DNA from: Meyerozyma guilliermondii
Taxonomy: Eukaryota
Direction of reading: 5' to 3'
DNA length: 64,000 bases
Assembly: GCA_051546255.1 (NCBI GenBank)
Contig: CP128818.1
Coordinates: forward strand, 496,001-560,000
Below the pieces are notes generated by a model, which saw only the letters and a list, made by a program, of their open reading frames with translations, had not been told where the DNA came from and made no database searches. Made by a program: the position numbers and the translations under genes. Positions 51,949 through 62,531 of this stretch are shown here, one piece after another (the stretch's first letter is position 1; each line of letters begins with the position of its first letter).

Positions 51949-52833
51949 ATGCCCATATCTACGTCCGGTAGAAATACAAATCTGACTCCAGAATACTCTC
52001 AAGACCATCATGGACCTGAATATGAACTGGCAAAAGTGACTCGTGATAAGGAGATCTTAGAAGCGAAATGTGATGGACAAAACTCCAAGATAACTGCTCC
52101 TCTCTCAACCCATACCCCTTCCCCCCGACCATTTGTCTTTGACATGTTCAAAAATTACACCAAAAAACGAGATTTATGTGATCGTGCTCCTCCACTAGTA
52201 AACTCGTATCTCAAACCCAACGCCAGATACGTGGGAGAACAGCAAAGTAGCAAGACCAGGCACCAGATCCGGGTGGAGTTCAAGACAGTCGATCTTGTCA
52301 ACTCGATGATGACAGGGTTTCTTCAGATCACCGGATTGACCGATGATAATCCAGAAATCACTACTTGTTTCAAAGGAGAAATCATCAATAATCCCCTTTT
52401 GCATTCACGATGGACATCCTCGTCCAATTTAGCATCACTGGAGAAGGTTTTGCGCAAGTTTTCTTTCTTCACAGAAAATAATCAATGGCATTCTAACCCC
52501 GATAATGACCTTGTTCATTGGAGCAAACTCACCGGCTTGGACTATCTCAGTGACGAAGAATTACTCGAAACTTTGCAGCGCGAACAGGAGTACCCAGATC
52601 AGCATATCTACATGAGATGGAAGGAAGAATTTTTATTGCCAGATTCACGAGTAAAGCGAATACCTCATGCTTCATTCGAAGGATTCTACTATGTGGTTCT
52701 CACCATAAAAGGTCCGGAAGCGGGCTCGGTTAGAGGCTTGTACTACTACCACAAGGATCCAGAAAAATTCCAATTGTTAAATATGAAGTTTGTGGAAGAT
52801 CAAGGACACAGTAGTCTGTTTGAGTTTGTATGA
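51949..52833 (+). CDS. VID24: GID complex N-recognin Gid4/Vid24
   Basis: YLKPNARYVGEQQS, GFLQITGLT, ITTCFKGEII, IYMRWKEEFL and ASFEGFYY motifs. Confidence 0.92.
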   Translation: MPISTSGRNTNLTPEYSQDHHGPEYELAKVTRDKEILEAKCDGQNSKITAPLSTHTPSPRPFVFDMFKNYTKKRDLCDRAPPLVNSYLKPNARYVGEQQSSKTRHQIRVEFKTVDLVNSMMTGFLQITGLTDDNPEITTCFKGEIINNPLLHSRWTSSSNLASLEKVLRKFSFFTENNQWHSNPDNDLVHWSKLTGLDYLSDEELLETLQREQEYPDQHIYMRWKEEFLLPDSRVKRIPHASFEGFYYVVLTIKGPEAGSVRGLYYYHKDPEKFQLLNMKFVEDQGHSSLFEFV

Positions 52834-52948
52834 GAAATGAGAAAAAAATAAAGGCTAAGATTTATAAAAGTCTAGCATTTTATGAGTCTAACATTTATAC
52901 AATGGGTCAAGTTAACCAGTGGCACTTTATACAATGACTCATATTTTT

Positions 52949-53569
52949 CTATAACTCCTTTTTATTTTTTTGCTCGTAGATCTTGGCCGTGAATGGTTCT
53001 TCAAACATCAAGGCAATTTTGTACATCACGAAAACGAACGACGCTACCAAGATTCCTGTTGGTTTTCCATACCACAAAGCAGTACCCAAAAAGCACAATG
53101 TGGATCCATTATACATGGGGTTATCATTGATATTGAATGGAAATCCAGTAACACGATGATCCATCAAAATACCAAAATAGTCGCCCAAATAAGTTCCAGT
53201 GACTCCCAATGCCCACATAGACGACAACACCAACACATTACCAAAGCCAAAAGTTGCAATTGCCAATGCTTTGATAACTTGAGATTCCGCCAATGGCTGG
53301 AAACTTGGCTGTGTAAGAAGCGCCTGATGGTATACTTGGTCCCTGTAAATTCCCAAAGAGAAGATTGTCAAGGCAAGCAAATAGCATCCATTGCGGGCTC
53401 CACCAGTTAACTTGGTGATAACCTTAGTTTTGTATTCTAAACGGGCAGCAATGTTCCAGAATATGGGGTTGAATGCAATGCATGCAAGTGCATACTTAAG
53501 CTGGTTATCTACCCGCACATAAGTCGGAAGATTACTGGCAAGATACTGAATATCGTCAAGTGAAACCAT
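52949..53569 (-). CDS. OPI3: Phospholipid N-methyltransferase
   Basis: FNPIFWNIAARLEY, LGVTGTYLGDYFGILM, NPMY.GST and FEEPFTAKIY motifs. ATG at 53569. Confidence 0.96.
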   Translation of the reverse strand: MVSLDDIQYLASNLPTYVRVDNQLKYALACIAFNPIFWNIAARLEYKTKVITKLTGGARNGCYLLALTIFSLGIYRDQVYHQALLTQPSFQPLAESQVIKALAIATFGFGNVLVLSSMWALGVTGTYLGDYFGILMDHRVTGFPFNINDNPMYNGSTLCFLGTALWYGKPTGILVASFVFVMYKIALMFEEPFTAKIYEQKNKKEL

Positions 53570-53668
53570 TGCAATTGGAATGGGTTTGTTGCTGCAATAT
53601 ATAAGCTCTTGCCTCGTAAATGATATGCGGATGTTGAGTAGGATCGGGCCTGCATGATCCCGCATTTG

Positions 53669-53678
53669 CATGTGATAA
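53669..53678. promoter_or_regulatory. ICRE/UAS-INO-like E-box upstream of OPI3
   Basis: CATGTGATAA compared with the consensus CATGTGAAAW, 100 nt upstream of the ATG. Confidence 0.45.
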
Positions 53679-54315
53679 TGGAATGCGACTATAGGGGAAG
53701 AATTCAGGACAATAGTGATGGCTGTAACAGCTGGGTAATTTAGGTGGGTGATTCAGGCCTGCTGGCTGTATCAACTCAGCTTATTTAATGCTTCTGTGCT
53801 GTTTTTGCGTATATGCGGCATGCTGTCAAATGCAAGTTTGACATCTTGATCTCGCATAGTGCATCGTACTTCCGGTAGTACGCCCCGATTTCCGAGGGCA
53901 CTAAGCAAACCTTGAGTAAGTATTGATCAGACTTGATTTGTTTAACGTAATGTTGTCTTTTGCCACAGTAGAACTGAACTTTCAAGCAAGCTGTAGCTCC
54001 TCAAATCACCTCTATCCACCACAATATTCACCCACTTATTTCACGATGCCATTTGGTATTTGCAGCATTTGCATTTGCAGCCATTTAGCTTTCAGCCGTT
54101 TTACATGCTTTTGGTCGTTCTGGAAGTTTAGCCGCTGGTACCTCCATCCATCTAACGCATTAGGAAATTAAGCCGCTGCCGCTCCCTGCATGGAACTTGG
54201 CGCAATCCACCGGTACCGCTGCAGCACTGTTCCTGCATCGCCGTCGGCAAACTATCAATACAGGATAGGCCAATTTTTCACTATAAGTACAAGTGTTGAA
54301 GCAAACATCGCTAAA

Positions 54316-55771
54316 ATGACAAAGTAAGTAGACCCGACATTTCGAATTGGTGTAGACACTGAAAAGGTTCAATATCAAGATTCAATCTTGTAAACTTTTT
54401 CATCTTGGTGTCCCCACCTTTTTTTCAGCCTATGACTCACACAGAAACGTACTTTTACTCGGATCCGGTTTTGTCGCCAAGCCCACAGTAGACATCTTAG
54501 CCAAGACCCCAGACGTCAAGGTGACCGTGGGATGTCGTACTCTTGAAAAGGCTAAGCAATTGGCTGGAGATGTGGCCTCGGCCATTTCCGTCGATGTCAC
54601 CGACGAGGCTGCTCTTGACGCTGAAGTTTCCAAGGTGGACTTGGTTATCTCGTTGATTCCTTACATCTACCACGTGAATGTGGTCAAGTCTGCTATTAAG
54701 AATAAGAAGCATGTGGTTACCACTTCTTATATCAACCCACAATTGAAGGAGTTGGAATCGCAGATCCAAGATGCTGGTATCACAGTTATGAACGAAATTG
54801 GTTTGGACCCTGGTATCGACCACTTGTATGCTGTCAAGACAATTGAAGAGGTACATGCTCAGGGTGGTAAGATTAAGCTGTTCTTGTCTTACTGTGGTGG
54901 ACTTCCTGCTCCAGAGTGTTCGGACAATCCTTTGGGTTACAAGTTCTCTTGGTCATCTCGTGGAGTTTTGTTGGCTCTCAGAAACGCTGCCAGTTACTGG
55001 CAAGACGGCAAGGTTGTGGATGTCAAATCTGAAGACTTGATGGCTACTGCTAAGCCATATTTCATCTACCCTGGTTTCGCATTTGTGTGTTACCCAAACC
55101 GTGATTCCACCACCTATAAGCAATTGTACAACATTCCTGAAGCCGAAACCGTCATCAGAGGTACTTTAAGATTCCAAGGATTCCCTGAATTCATCAAGGT
55201 TTTCGTGGACCTTGGGTTCTTGAAGGACTCACCAAATGACGCTTTTTCCAAGGCAGTTCCATGGAAAGATGCTTTTGCCAAGTTGATCGGTGCCTCGTCG
55301 TCTTCTGAGGAAGCTCTCGTGGCCAAGATTTCCGAGTTGGCTACTTTCAAGAGCGAAGATGACAAAACCAGAATTCTTTCGGGATTGAAATGGTTGGGTC
55401 TTTTCTCCGACAAGAACATCACTCCAAAGGGTAATCCTCTCGACACTTTGTGTGCTACTTTGGAGGAGTTGATGCAATACGAACAAGGTGAAAGAGACTT
55501 GGTTTGCTTGCAACACAAGTTTGGAATCGAATGGGCTGATGGAACCACCGAGACCAGAACTTCCACTTTGGTCGATTATGGTGATGTCAATGGATACTCT
55601 TCCATGGCTAAATTGGTGGGTGTTCCTTGTGCGGTTGCAACACAGCAGATTCTCGATGGAACCTTGAATAAGGTTGGATTGTTGGCTCCTATGTCGTCTG
55701 AAATCAACGACCCAATCATGAAGACGTTGAAGGAAAAGTACAACATCTACTTGGTTGAAAAGACTGTTTAG
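54316..55771 (+). CDS. LYS9: Saccharopine dehydrogenase (NADP+, L-glutamate-forming); exons 54316-54323 and 54445-55771
   Basis: Spliced MTKNVLLLGSGFVAKP, with NEIGLDPGIDH and NPLGYKFSWS. Intron 54324-54444 has GTAAGT...GACTCAC-ACAG. Confidence 0.96.
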
Positions 55772-55829
55772 GTTGAATCAATAGCTTGAGGAATACTGTA
55801 GACATTGAGTTCAGCTTTCGTTCACTGCT

Positions 55830-56060
55830 TCGTTCATTAGCTTTGAAGAAGTTGGCTTGAAACCTTAGCTTGGTTTCAGGACCATGGTTTACCTCAGTTT
55901 CAAACCCTTACTTAGACCCTTGGATCGGTTTCTTAGCTTGTTCTTTAGCTCAAGTCAACTTGATTTCTTTAGCTTAATTCTCTTCAACTTGGTTTCTTTA
56001 GCTGACTTCCTTTGCTTAGTTTCTTGAGAAAGTCTTTGTCTTAGTCTTTAGCTTAGTTCT
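55830..56060. repeat. Degenerate TTAGCT-based repeat tract between convergent LYS9 and DML1
   Basis: Multiple TTAGCT cores, with TCAACTTG(A/G)TTTCTTTAGCT at 55955 and 55984. Confidence 0.7.
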
Positions 56061-56065
56061 TCTCC

Positions 56066-57505
56066 TCAGATATCAAATTCCTCATCGCTGTCGTCGTAGC
56101 CATGTTTATAATCTTCGATCATGGCACTTATATCCTCAATCAACTCATCGCGATCGGTAAGATTTTCATTGTGTTTGATCCGCAACAAGAACTTGCGGTT
56201 CTCTTTGAGTGTTGCTGCAATTCCGGAAGTAATTGCAAACTCCGACACGAAAGAGCTTCCGTTGACCGTAGGAGGAAAAGTTGAGCCTTTGGTGATTGCT
56301 GAAAAAGAAGCAGTATAGGCATTTTTCTGTGAAGTTTCCCCAGGTTTTTCTTGCACTATGGCTCGACTAAACTCGTGGCTCAGATTCAGCAACCCCATAT
56401 CGAGGTAAGCTGGTTCTTTGGCTAGACTGACGGAATTCATCAAGTCCCATATTTGGTCCTGCGGAACATCCAAAACTCCAAAATCTTTAGATTGGCTCTT
56501 CTGGCTCACTTTGGCCTTCAAACACATCTCGCCGACGATATTTCGATTCGAGCCTCTGGTCAAGTTGTCCTCAAATTCTGCCATATGAGAAGGGCTCTGC
56601 TTTCGACTTTGGAGTTCCCATAACGAGTTCACCAAAAGAGAAGTTAGAGAACTCTGGTGCCATTCGCTTGTAGAGTCGAAACCAGGCGCCAAAATTTGGC
56701 TTTCACATGTGGGGCGTATTGGGAAGAACAATGACAGATGGTGGGCGAGCTCAACAAACGAAGCAATACTGCTACATTTCTGGTTGATATCCATTCTTCC
56801 GTGGTCTTTTGCGAGGCCATAGACCCAGATATTATGCTTATTGTTGGCACCGTTGTTGAAAAATTCGTCTTTTAAGTCAAGTAATAAATGAGACGAGAAT
56901 CCTCCCCAGCCAGAATTGTACTCGCTAAACATGCTGACACCCTGCAAAAGATCACATTCTTCCAAGTATTTGCGAAACTCGTCTATCGAGGTTTCTTGGC
57001 ACTTTTTGTACTCTTCCCATCCCACTGAATAGGTATCAAACTTTAACCGAGGAAAGTTTCGGTTGGTACCATACGGCGTACCTGAATCCCAGTCTTGGAG
57101 CAGAACACACGACAGCGGTTTGTAGATGAGTTTATTGTAGTCGGTCCAGTACTTTGTGTTTGACACAGAGAGAAGTTGAGCGTTGTCAATGCCCAGATCG
57201 AGGTTGGATTGAAAGGCATGTTTGGGTACTCTTGGAGCAGTATTGATGACTTCAACATTTGAAATTGTGGAGGGATCCACTTCATATTTTGGAGCACCTC
57301 CAAAGCCACCATTCAAGTCGTAAACCAAAGCCCGTGGGGCATAGTTTGTGGTTCCGTTTTTGTTTTTTGTGGTTGATAAAAATGCCAGATAATCGTGGAA
57401 TCGAGGAGCGGATTTTGTATAAGGAAGATGAGATTCCTGGGCGTTGAAAAGCTGAGCCGTGACGTGGTTTGCGGGCGAGGAAAGGGAGACTGTGATGATG
57501 TTCAT
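56066..57505 (-). CDS. DML1: Misato/Dml1 tubulin-like protein
   Basis: IITVSL...NHV..QLFNAQE, YAPRALVYDL.GGFG, YWTDY, EECDLLQG and WGGFS motifs. Confidence 0.93.
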   Translation of the reverse strand: MNIITVSLSSPANHVTAQLFNAQESHLPYTKSAPRFHDYLAFLSTTKNKNGTTNYAPRALVYDLNGGFGGAPKYEVDPSTISNVEVINTAPRVPKHAFQSNLDLGIDNAQLLSVSNTKYWTDYNKLIYKPLSCVLLQDWDSGTPYGTNRNFPRLKFDTYSVGWEEYKKCQETSIDEFRKYLEECDLLQGVSMFSEYNSGWGGFSSHLLLDLKDEFFNNGANNKHNIWVYGLAKDHGRMDINQKCSSIASFVELAHHLSLFFPIRPTCESQILAPGFDSTSEWHQSSLTSLLVNSLWELQSRKQSPSHMAEFEDNLTRGSNRNIVGEMCLKAKVSQKSQSKDFGVLDVPQDQIWDLMNSVSLAKEPAYLDMGLLNLSHEFSRAIVQEKPGETSQKNAYTASFSAITKGSTFPPTVNGSSFVSEFAITSGIAATLKENRKFLLRIKHNENLTDRDELIEDISAMIEDYKHGYDDSDEEFDI

Positions 57506-57807
57506 AAAGGAAATGGAAAAATGAAGAATGGAGATCAGGAATAAATGAAAAAATGGAGAATGAAGATCAGGATTAAATCAACAATAAGTTGCAATGGAAT
57601 AGTTAGTAAATCAGTAGAAGCTATCAATCCAGAATTAGACTATGGTCTGGATTCAACGTTCTATAATGTTTTTTTGCTTGGTGGCAATAAAGAAAATATG
57701 TCAAACTTGTTTCTCACTTGCATTTGATTCTTCGCAGCCATCTTCGCGATGTCGCGGATGCAGTCCCGCTGCCGATGCCAACGCGAAATCGTTGACGTGG
57801 ACTCACC

Positions 57808-58863
57808 ATGAACCTTCTACTATTGGTATTTCTCCTAGCATTAGTGGTGGCCAAAGACTACTATGCGATTCTCGGACTCGACAAGGGTGCTGATGAAAAG
57901 TCTATAAAGCTGGCGTATCGACAACTAAGCAAAAAATACCATCCAGACAAGAATCCATCAGAAGAAGCCCATCTGAAATTTATTGAAATTGGCGAAGCAT
58001 ATGAGGTTTTATCCGATCCAGACAAGAAAGCCAACTACGATCGATATGGAACAGCCGAAGCTCCTGTTGATCATGGAGATTTTGGTGATATGTTCCAGCA
58101 ATTTTTTGGAGGTTTTGGTGGAGGTGGACACCAGCGACAAGGGAAACGGCGAGGTGACAATACTCAGGTTAATGTTCGGGTTTCGCTAGTGGATTTCTAT
58201 CGTGGGCGAGATGTGGAATTTGATGTGGAAATGAGAAATATATGTGACATTTGTGACGGCAGTGGATCGGAAGATGGTCAGCGGCATACCTGTGACAAGT
58301 GCCAAGGATCCGGGTTCATGAAGGTGACTCGTCGACTTGCGCCCGGAATGGTACAAACGTTCAGTGGTCCGTGTGACGAATGTGGAGGAAAAGGGACCAA
58401 AATTGAGCGTTTGTGCAAGCATTGTGGAGGCCATGGTGCCAAGCCCACACCTCGTCATTACAACGTTTACATGGGACCCGGGTTCGAGCGCGACGGCACC
58501 CAAGTTTTGGAAGGAGAGGGTGACCAGAATCCCGACTGGGTTCCAGGAGACTTGATTGTTTCGATAGGAGAAGACTTTGGACAGAGTTGGGGGTACCGAA
58601 GAATTGGACGCAATCTCTACCGAACCGAGGTTTTAAGTGCTAACGAAGCAATGCATGGAGGCTGGCGCCGGGTGATTCCGTTCTTTGACGTTCACGATGA
58701 AGAAGTTGAAATATCGAGACCAAAAGGTGCCACTGTTCTTCATGGCGAAACGGAAATTGTGCATGGTCGAGGCATGCCAGTAGGCGACGACCACGGAGAT
58801 TTATTTATCGAGTATGTAGTTGTGCCAGCTGGCGGCGCGGCGTCCGTCAAGGACGAGTTATAG
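57808..58863 (+). CDS. SCJ1: ER lumenal type-I DnaJ co-chaperone
   Basis: Signal peptide, J domain with HPD, four CxxCxGxG repeats and C-terminal KDEL. Confidence 0.93.
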   Translation: MNLLLLVFLLALVVAKDYYAILGLDKGADEKSIKLAYRQLSKKYHPDKNPSEEAHLKFIEIGEAYEVLSDPDKKANYDRYGTAEAPVDHGDFGDMFQQFFGGFGGGGHQRQGKRRGDNTQVNVRVSLVDFYRGRDVEFDVEMRNICDICDGSGSEDGQRHTCDKCQGSGFMKVTRRLAPGMVQTFSGPCDECGGKGTKIERLCKHCGGHGAKPTPRHYNVYMGPGFERDGTQVLEGEGDQNPDWVPGDLIVSIGEDFGQSWGYRRIGRNLYRTEVLSANEAMHGGWRRVIPFFDVHDEEVEISRPKGATVLHGETEIVHGRGMPVGDDHGDLFIEYVVVPAGGAASVKDEL

Positions 58864-59128
58864 AGTACGGTAAATGTAGAAGGTTAATGTAGAAGGTTCA
58901 TAATGGCCGGACAATGGCTCGGTAATGCGGCTCGGGGTCGGAGTTTGCCAAGAGAGATTAATTGCAAAGTGAAAAAAAAAAAAAGAATAGGGAAGAAAAG
59001 TGTAAAGAAAAGCGTGAGAAATGGATGAAAAAAAAAGAAAAAAAATACACTGCTCTGCTCTATACGTCAAGTACATACAACTACATACATCCGATTTCTT
59101 CTCCAGCCACTTTTCCATAACATCTCTT

Positions 59129-59214
59129 CCCCACCATCTGCACCCCAGTCCGGTGCGGCAATCCCCGCCCAGCACCAGTGCTCGTGTGCGCGCTTGGGCG
59201 ACTAACTATAAAAG
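59129..59214 (+). promoter_or_regulatory. TATA promoter with three Mig1-type GC boxes
   Basis: CCCCAC at 59129, CCCCAG at 59143, CCCCGC at 59163 and TATAAAAG at 59207-59214. Confidence 0.55.
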
Positions 59215-59312
59215 ATAACGCGGAACCAAGTGAGACAACTGTAACAAAAATAAAAACAAGAAAATTAATGGCTAGGACGCGAGTATTGAACTTGTCGTCT
59301 AAGTGATTGTCC

Positions 59313-59420
59313 ATTACTGTTCATAGTGCTTTTCATACTGCTGTTTAGTGGTGTCATTACTACTCATAGTGGTGTTCAGTGGTGTCGATTACTGTTCATA
59401 GTGCTTAGTACTGCTGTCAT
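59313..59420. repeat. Degenerate direct repeats
   Basis: ATTACTGTTCATAGTGCTT at 59313 and 59388, with AGTGGTGT three times between them. Confidence 0.8.
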
Positions 59421-59609
59421 TCCATAGCAGCCTACGCGAATCTCATCTACACCGCCCGCTATTCCACAAATTTCATTTCACGCGACTTGATTGCTACCGA
59501 ACTGCACTGCGTTCGGTACTCCGCGAAGCTGCACATAATTACTGCGAAATTTGTTCGCGCCGAGCCCGCCTCGGCATCGCCTTCTTCTGGTTCTTCTCCT
59601 CCTCCACCC

Positions 59610-60524
59610 ATGCTCCAGTCGATTTCCCCCCGTTTTGTACGGGCGCCGTTCGCCACCCTCTTGGACGACGACTCAGACCAGTCGTACGTGCTGGATATAG
59701 AGGATGAAATCTTCAATAATGGGCCTTCGGTTCGTGATCTCAAAATCGCCGCTCCCCAGCTTTTTGATTCAAAATTGCTGCGTCCGGAATCATGGCAAAA
59801 TTTTTTGGCCAGAGAAGAGTTTTTGGCCACCAGCTTGGCCGAGATCAAAGATCACCTTCTTAACCGCGAGTTTGACTTTAGCAACTCGCTCGTTCTTCAC
59901 CCACTTCCAACTCCGCTCTTTGTTGCACTTCTGTCGCACCAGCAAACATTTCTCATTAATACCGCCCAACACATACTAAACAACCTCAAAAGAATCCAAA
60001 CCAGGATTCAGGACCTCAACCGCACCGCCTTCCGCAACTTTAGTGCTGTCAAGGTATCACTAAAACTCACATTGAACTCCACCAATAGTCCGTACGACCG
60101 GTCTAGTGCAATTCTCAAGGGCATCACCGCTTGCAAACAATGTTTGGCCCAGTGCACTGAGTCCATCGACTCCGACTCGCTCAACGTGCTCGTGGACGAA
60201 ACCGTAGAGTTATTGTACGACTACAATCAAGCGCTCGAACACCATTCCACCACTGCCTCCACAGCGGGTCGGGCCTCGTCCATTTCTGTCGGCTCTGCCT
60301 CGGGCCAACACGCCAATTTGGAGCAATTGCGCAATAGTATCAATGCCATTGAAACCATGGTGGGCGAAGGAACCGATTTTGTCAGCAAGGAATGCTGCTA
60401 TATGACCAAATTGGTGGACGAAGTGAAAAGCATGTTTGATGGCTACTTGGCTGCGTACCGGCGGTTCATTGCCGACGGGGTCAACGATTACGATACGTTT
60501 ATGTTTCTGGGGGCTGTAATCTAA
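59610..60524 (+). CDS. Uncharacterised helical protein, 304 aa
   Basis: Long ORF from the first ATG at 59610 with coding-like composition. No family recognised. Confidence 0.7.
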   Translation: MLQSISPRFVRAPFATLLDDDSDQSYVLDIEDEIFNNGPSVRDLKIAAPQLFDSKLLRPESWQNFLAREEFLATSLAEIKDHLLNREFDFSNSLVLHPLPTPLFVALLSHQQTFLINTAQHILNNLKRIQTRIQDLNRTAFRNFSAVKVSLKLTLNSTNSPYDRSSAILKGITACKQCLAQCTESIDSDSLNVLVDETVELLYDYNQALEHHSTTASTAGRASSISVGSASGQHANLEQLRNSINAIETMVGEGTDFVSKECCYMTKLVDEVKSMFDGYLAAYRRFIADGVNDYDTFMFLGAVI

Positions 60525-60985
60525 ATTTGAAACAAGAAAGTGAAGAGGAAGCGGTCATTATAGACATTATAGACGGACAGAGAGACTCGGCTACTCAGAT
60601 TCACAAGCAAAAATCAAACCAACAACTAACAACCAACGAACAACCACTAACCTTATACAACCAATTCCGAAGGCTAATTCATCTCCGAAGCAATCCTCAA
60701 AACAGCCCACTACTGCATCTATGCACATAGATTACGACTACGACATTTACTTCTACAATAACGGAATACAAGCTACTTGCTGACGACCATATAGGCACTT
60801 TTGTGTACTCACCTACTACATTGACATCTTCCTTCACCTGTACCCTAATCTTTACTCGTTCCTCTATTTCCTTCACCTCTTTACCCTTTCGGGCTTCTCC
60901 TGCACATTTCCCTCCGGGTAACGCGCTCGTTTGCAGCCTCGACTCGAAGATTTAAACGATCGTTTCCTTTGCAGCCGTTACAAAA

Positions 60986-62314
60986 ATGCCCAATAACGTT
61001 GGTATCAAAGCGATCGAAGTCTACATCCCTTCCCAGGCTGTCAACCAGGCCGAGTTGGAGAAATATGACAACATTCCAGCAGGAAAATATACCATTGGTT
61101 TGGGCCAAACAAATATGGCGTTTGTCAACGACAGAGAAGATATTTATTCTTTGGCTTTAACGGTGACTTCAAATCTTTTGAAAAACTACAACGTGGATCC
61201 CAACTCGATTGGACGTTTGGAAGTTGGAACTGAGACTCTTTTGGACAAATCCAAGAGTGTCAAGTCGGTTTTGATGCAGTTGTTTCCTGAAAATTATGAC
61301 ATCGAAGGAATTGATACTTTGAACGCGTGTTACGGAGGAACCTCGGCAGTGATTAATGCTGTCAACTGGATCGAATCGTCGTCGTGGGATGGACGCGAGG
61401 CTATTGTTGTGGCTGGAGATATTGCCATTTACGCCGAGGGTGCTGCCAGACCAACTGGAGGTGCTGGAGCTGTGGCGTTCTTGATTGGTCCTGACGCCCC
61501 AATCGTGTTCGATACCACTAGAGGTACGTTCATGGAACACGCCTACGACTTCTACAAGCCAGATTTTACTTCGGAGTACCCAGTTGTCGATGGCCACTTT
61601 TCGTTGAGTTGTTACGTTAAAGCCGTTGACCACTGCTACCAAGCCTACTCCAAGAAACTCGGCCGCAAAGCCGCGGGTCTCTTCTCCCACTTTGACTACA
61701 ACGCTTTTCACGTTCCCACTTGTAAGTTGGTTACCAAGTCGTACGCTCGTTTGTTGTACAACGACTACAAAGCCGACCCCGAGTCGTTCAAGGACCTCAT
61801 TGACGCCGAAACAAAGGCCACTATTGACGCCTTGACCTACGAACAGTCGTTGGTCGACAGAAACTTGGAAAAAGTGTTCCTTGGATTGTCTAAAACCGAA
61901 GCGAAAACCAGACTTGATCCGGCTTTGAAAGTGCCCACCAACACCGGAAACATGTACACTGCTTCCGCATGGGTTTCTTTGGCATCTGTCTTGTACTACG
62001 TTGGCTCCGAGAAATTGCAAGGTAAGAGAATTGGATTGTTCTCGTACGGTTCAGGATTGGCGGCTACATTGATGTCAATGACTGTCAAAGGAGATATTTC
62101 GCAATTGACGAAAAACTTGAACTTTGACCACAAGCTCGGCGAAGGAAGAGTTATCCAATCACCAGAAGCCTACGTTGCTGCCCTCGAATCTAGAGAAAAG
62201 GCTCACTTGAAAAAGTCGTACAAGCCACTGGGATCCATTGAGTCGCTTGTACCTGGTACTTACTATCTTGTTGACATAGACGACAAGTATAGAAGACTGT
62301 ACGAGAAGAAGTAG
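60986..62314 (+). CDS. ERG13: HMG-CoA synthase
   Basis: [18 protein letters not shown], catalytic NACYGGT, HVPTCK, GNMYTAS and FSYGSG motifs. Confidence 0.98.
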   Translation: MPNNVGIKAIEVYIPSQAVNQAELEKYDNIPAGKYTIGLGQTNMAFVNDREDIYSLALTVTSNLLKNYNVDPNSIGRLEVGTETLLDKSKSVKSVLMQLFPENYDIEGIDTLNACYGGTSAVINAVNWIESSSWDGREAIVVAGDIAIYAEGAARPTGGAGAVAFLIGPDAPIVFDTTRGTFMEHAYDFYKPDFTSEYPVVDGHFSLSCYVKAVDHCYQAYSKKLGRKAAGLFSHFDYNAFHVPTCKLVTKSYARLLYNDYKADPESFKDLIDAETKATIDALTYEQSLVDRNLEKVFLGLSKTEAKTRLDPALKVPTNTGNMYTASAWVSLASVLYYVGSEKLQGKRIGLFSYGSGLAATLMSMTVKGDISQLTKNLNFDHKLGEGRVIQSPEAYVAALESREKAHLKKSYKPLGSIESLVPGTYYLVDIDDKYRRLYEKK

Positions 62315-62531
62315 ATAGATCGCATCAATACAGAATTGGTAGCAGTAGCAATTATAGCAATGGAAGCAAATGAAAGCAAATACGGCATGTGCCGCGGTGG
62401 TGAAGTGAAGCCGCGCAGCCACTGTGGGTGCAAAAAAGACCAGTGTGCAGTACTTGCTTGCTGTTGCTGCTACAAACCTGACCTTCTCCACACAAATATA
62501 TTTAGCACTTATTCTTCTCATATACCACAAA

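Noticed and set aside
59081..59314. 77-aa minus-strand ORF with a hydrophobic stretch
   Set aside because: The hydrophobic segment is the antisense of an A-rich leader, and promoter signals point to the plus strand.
10575..62020. Long antisense shadow ORFs (10575-11528, 38875-39684, 61169-62020 and similar)
   Set aside because: They lie opposite conserved genes and are explained by codon bias. No recognisable motifs.
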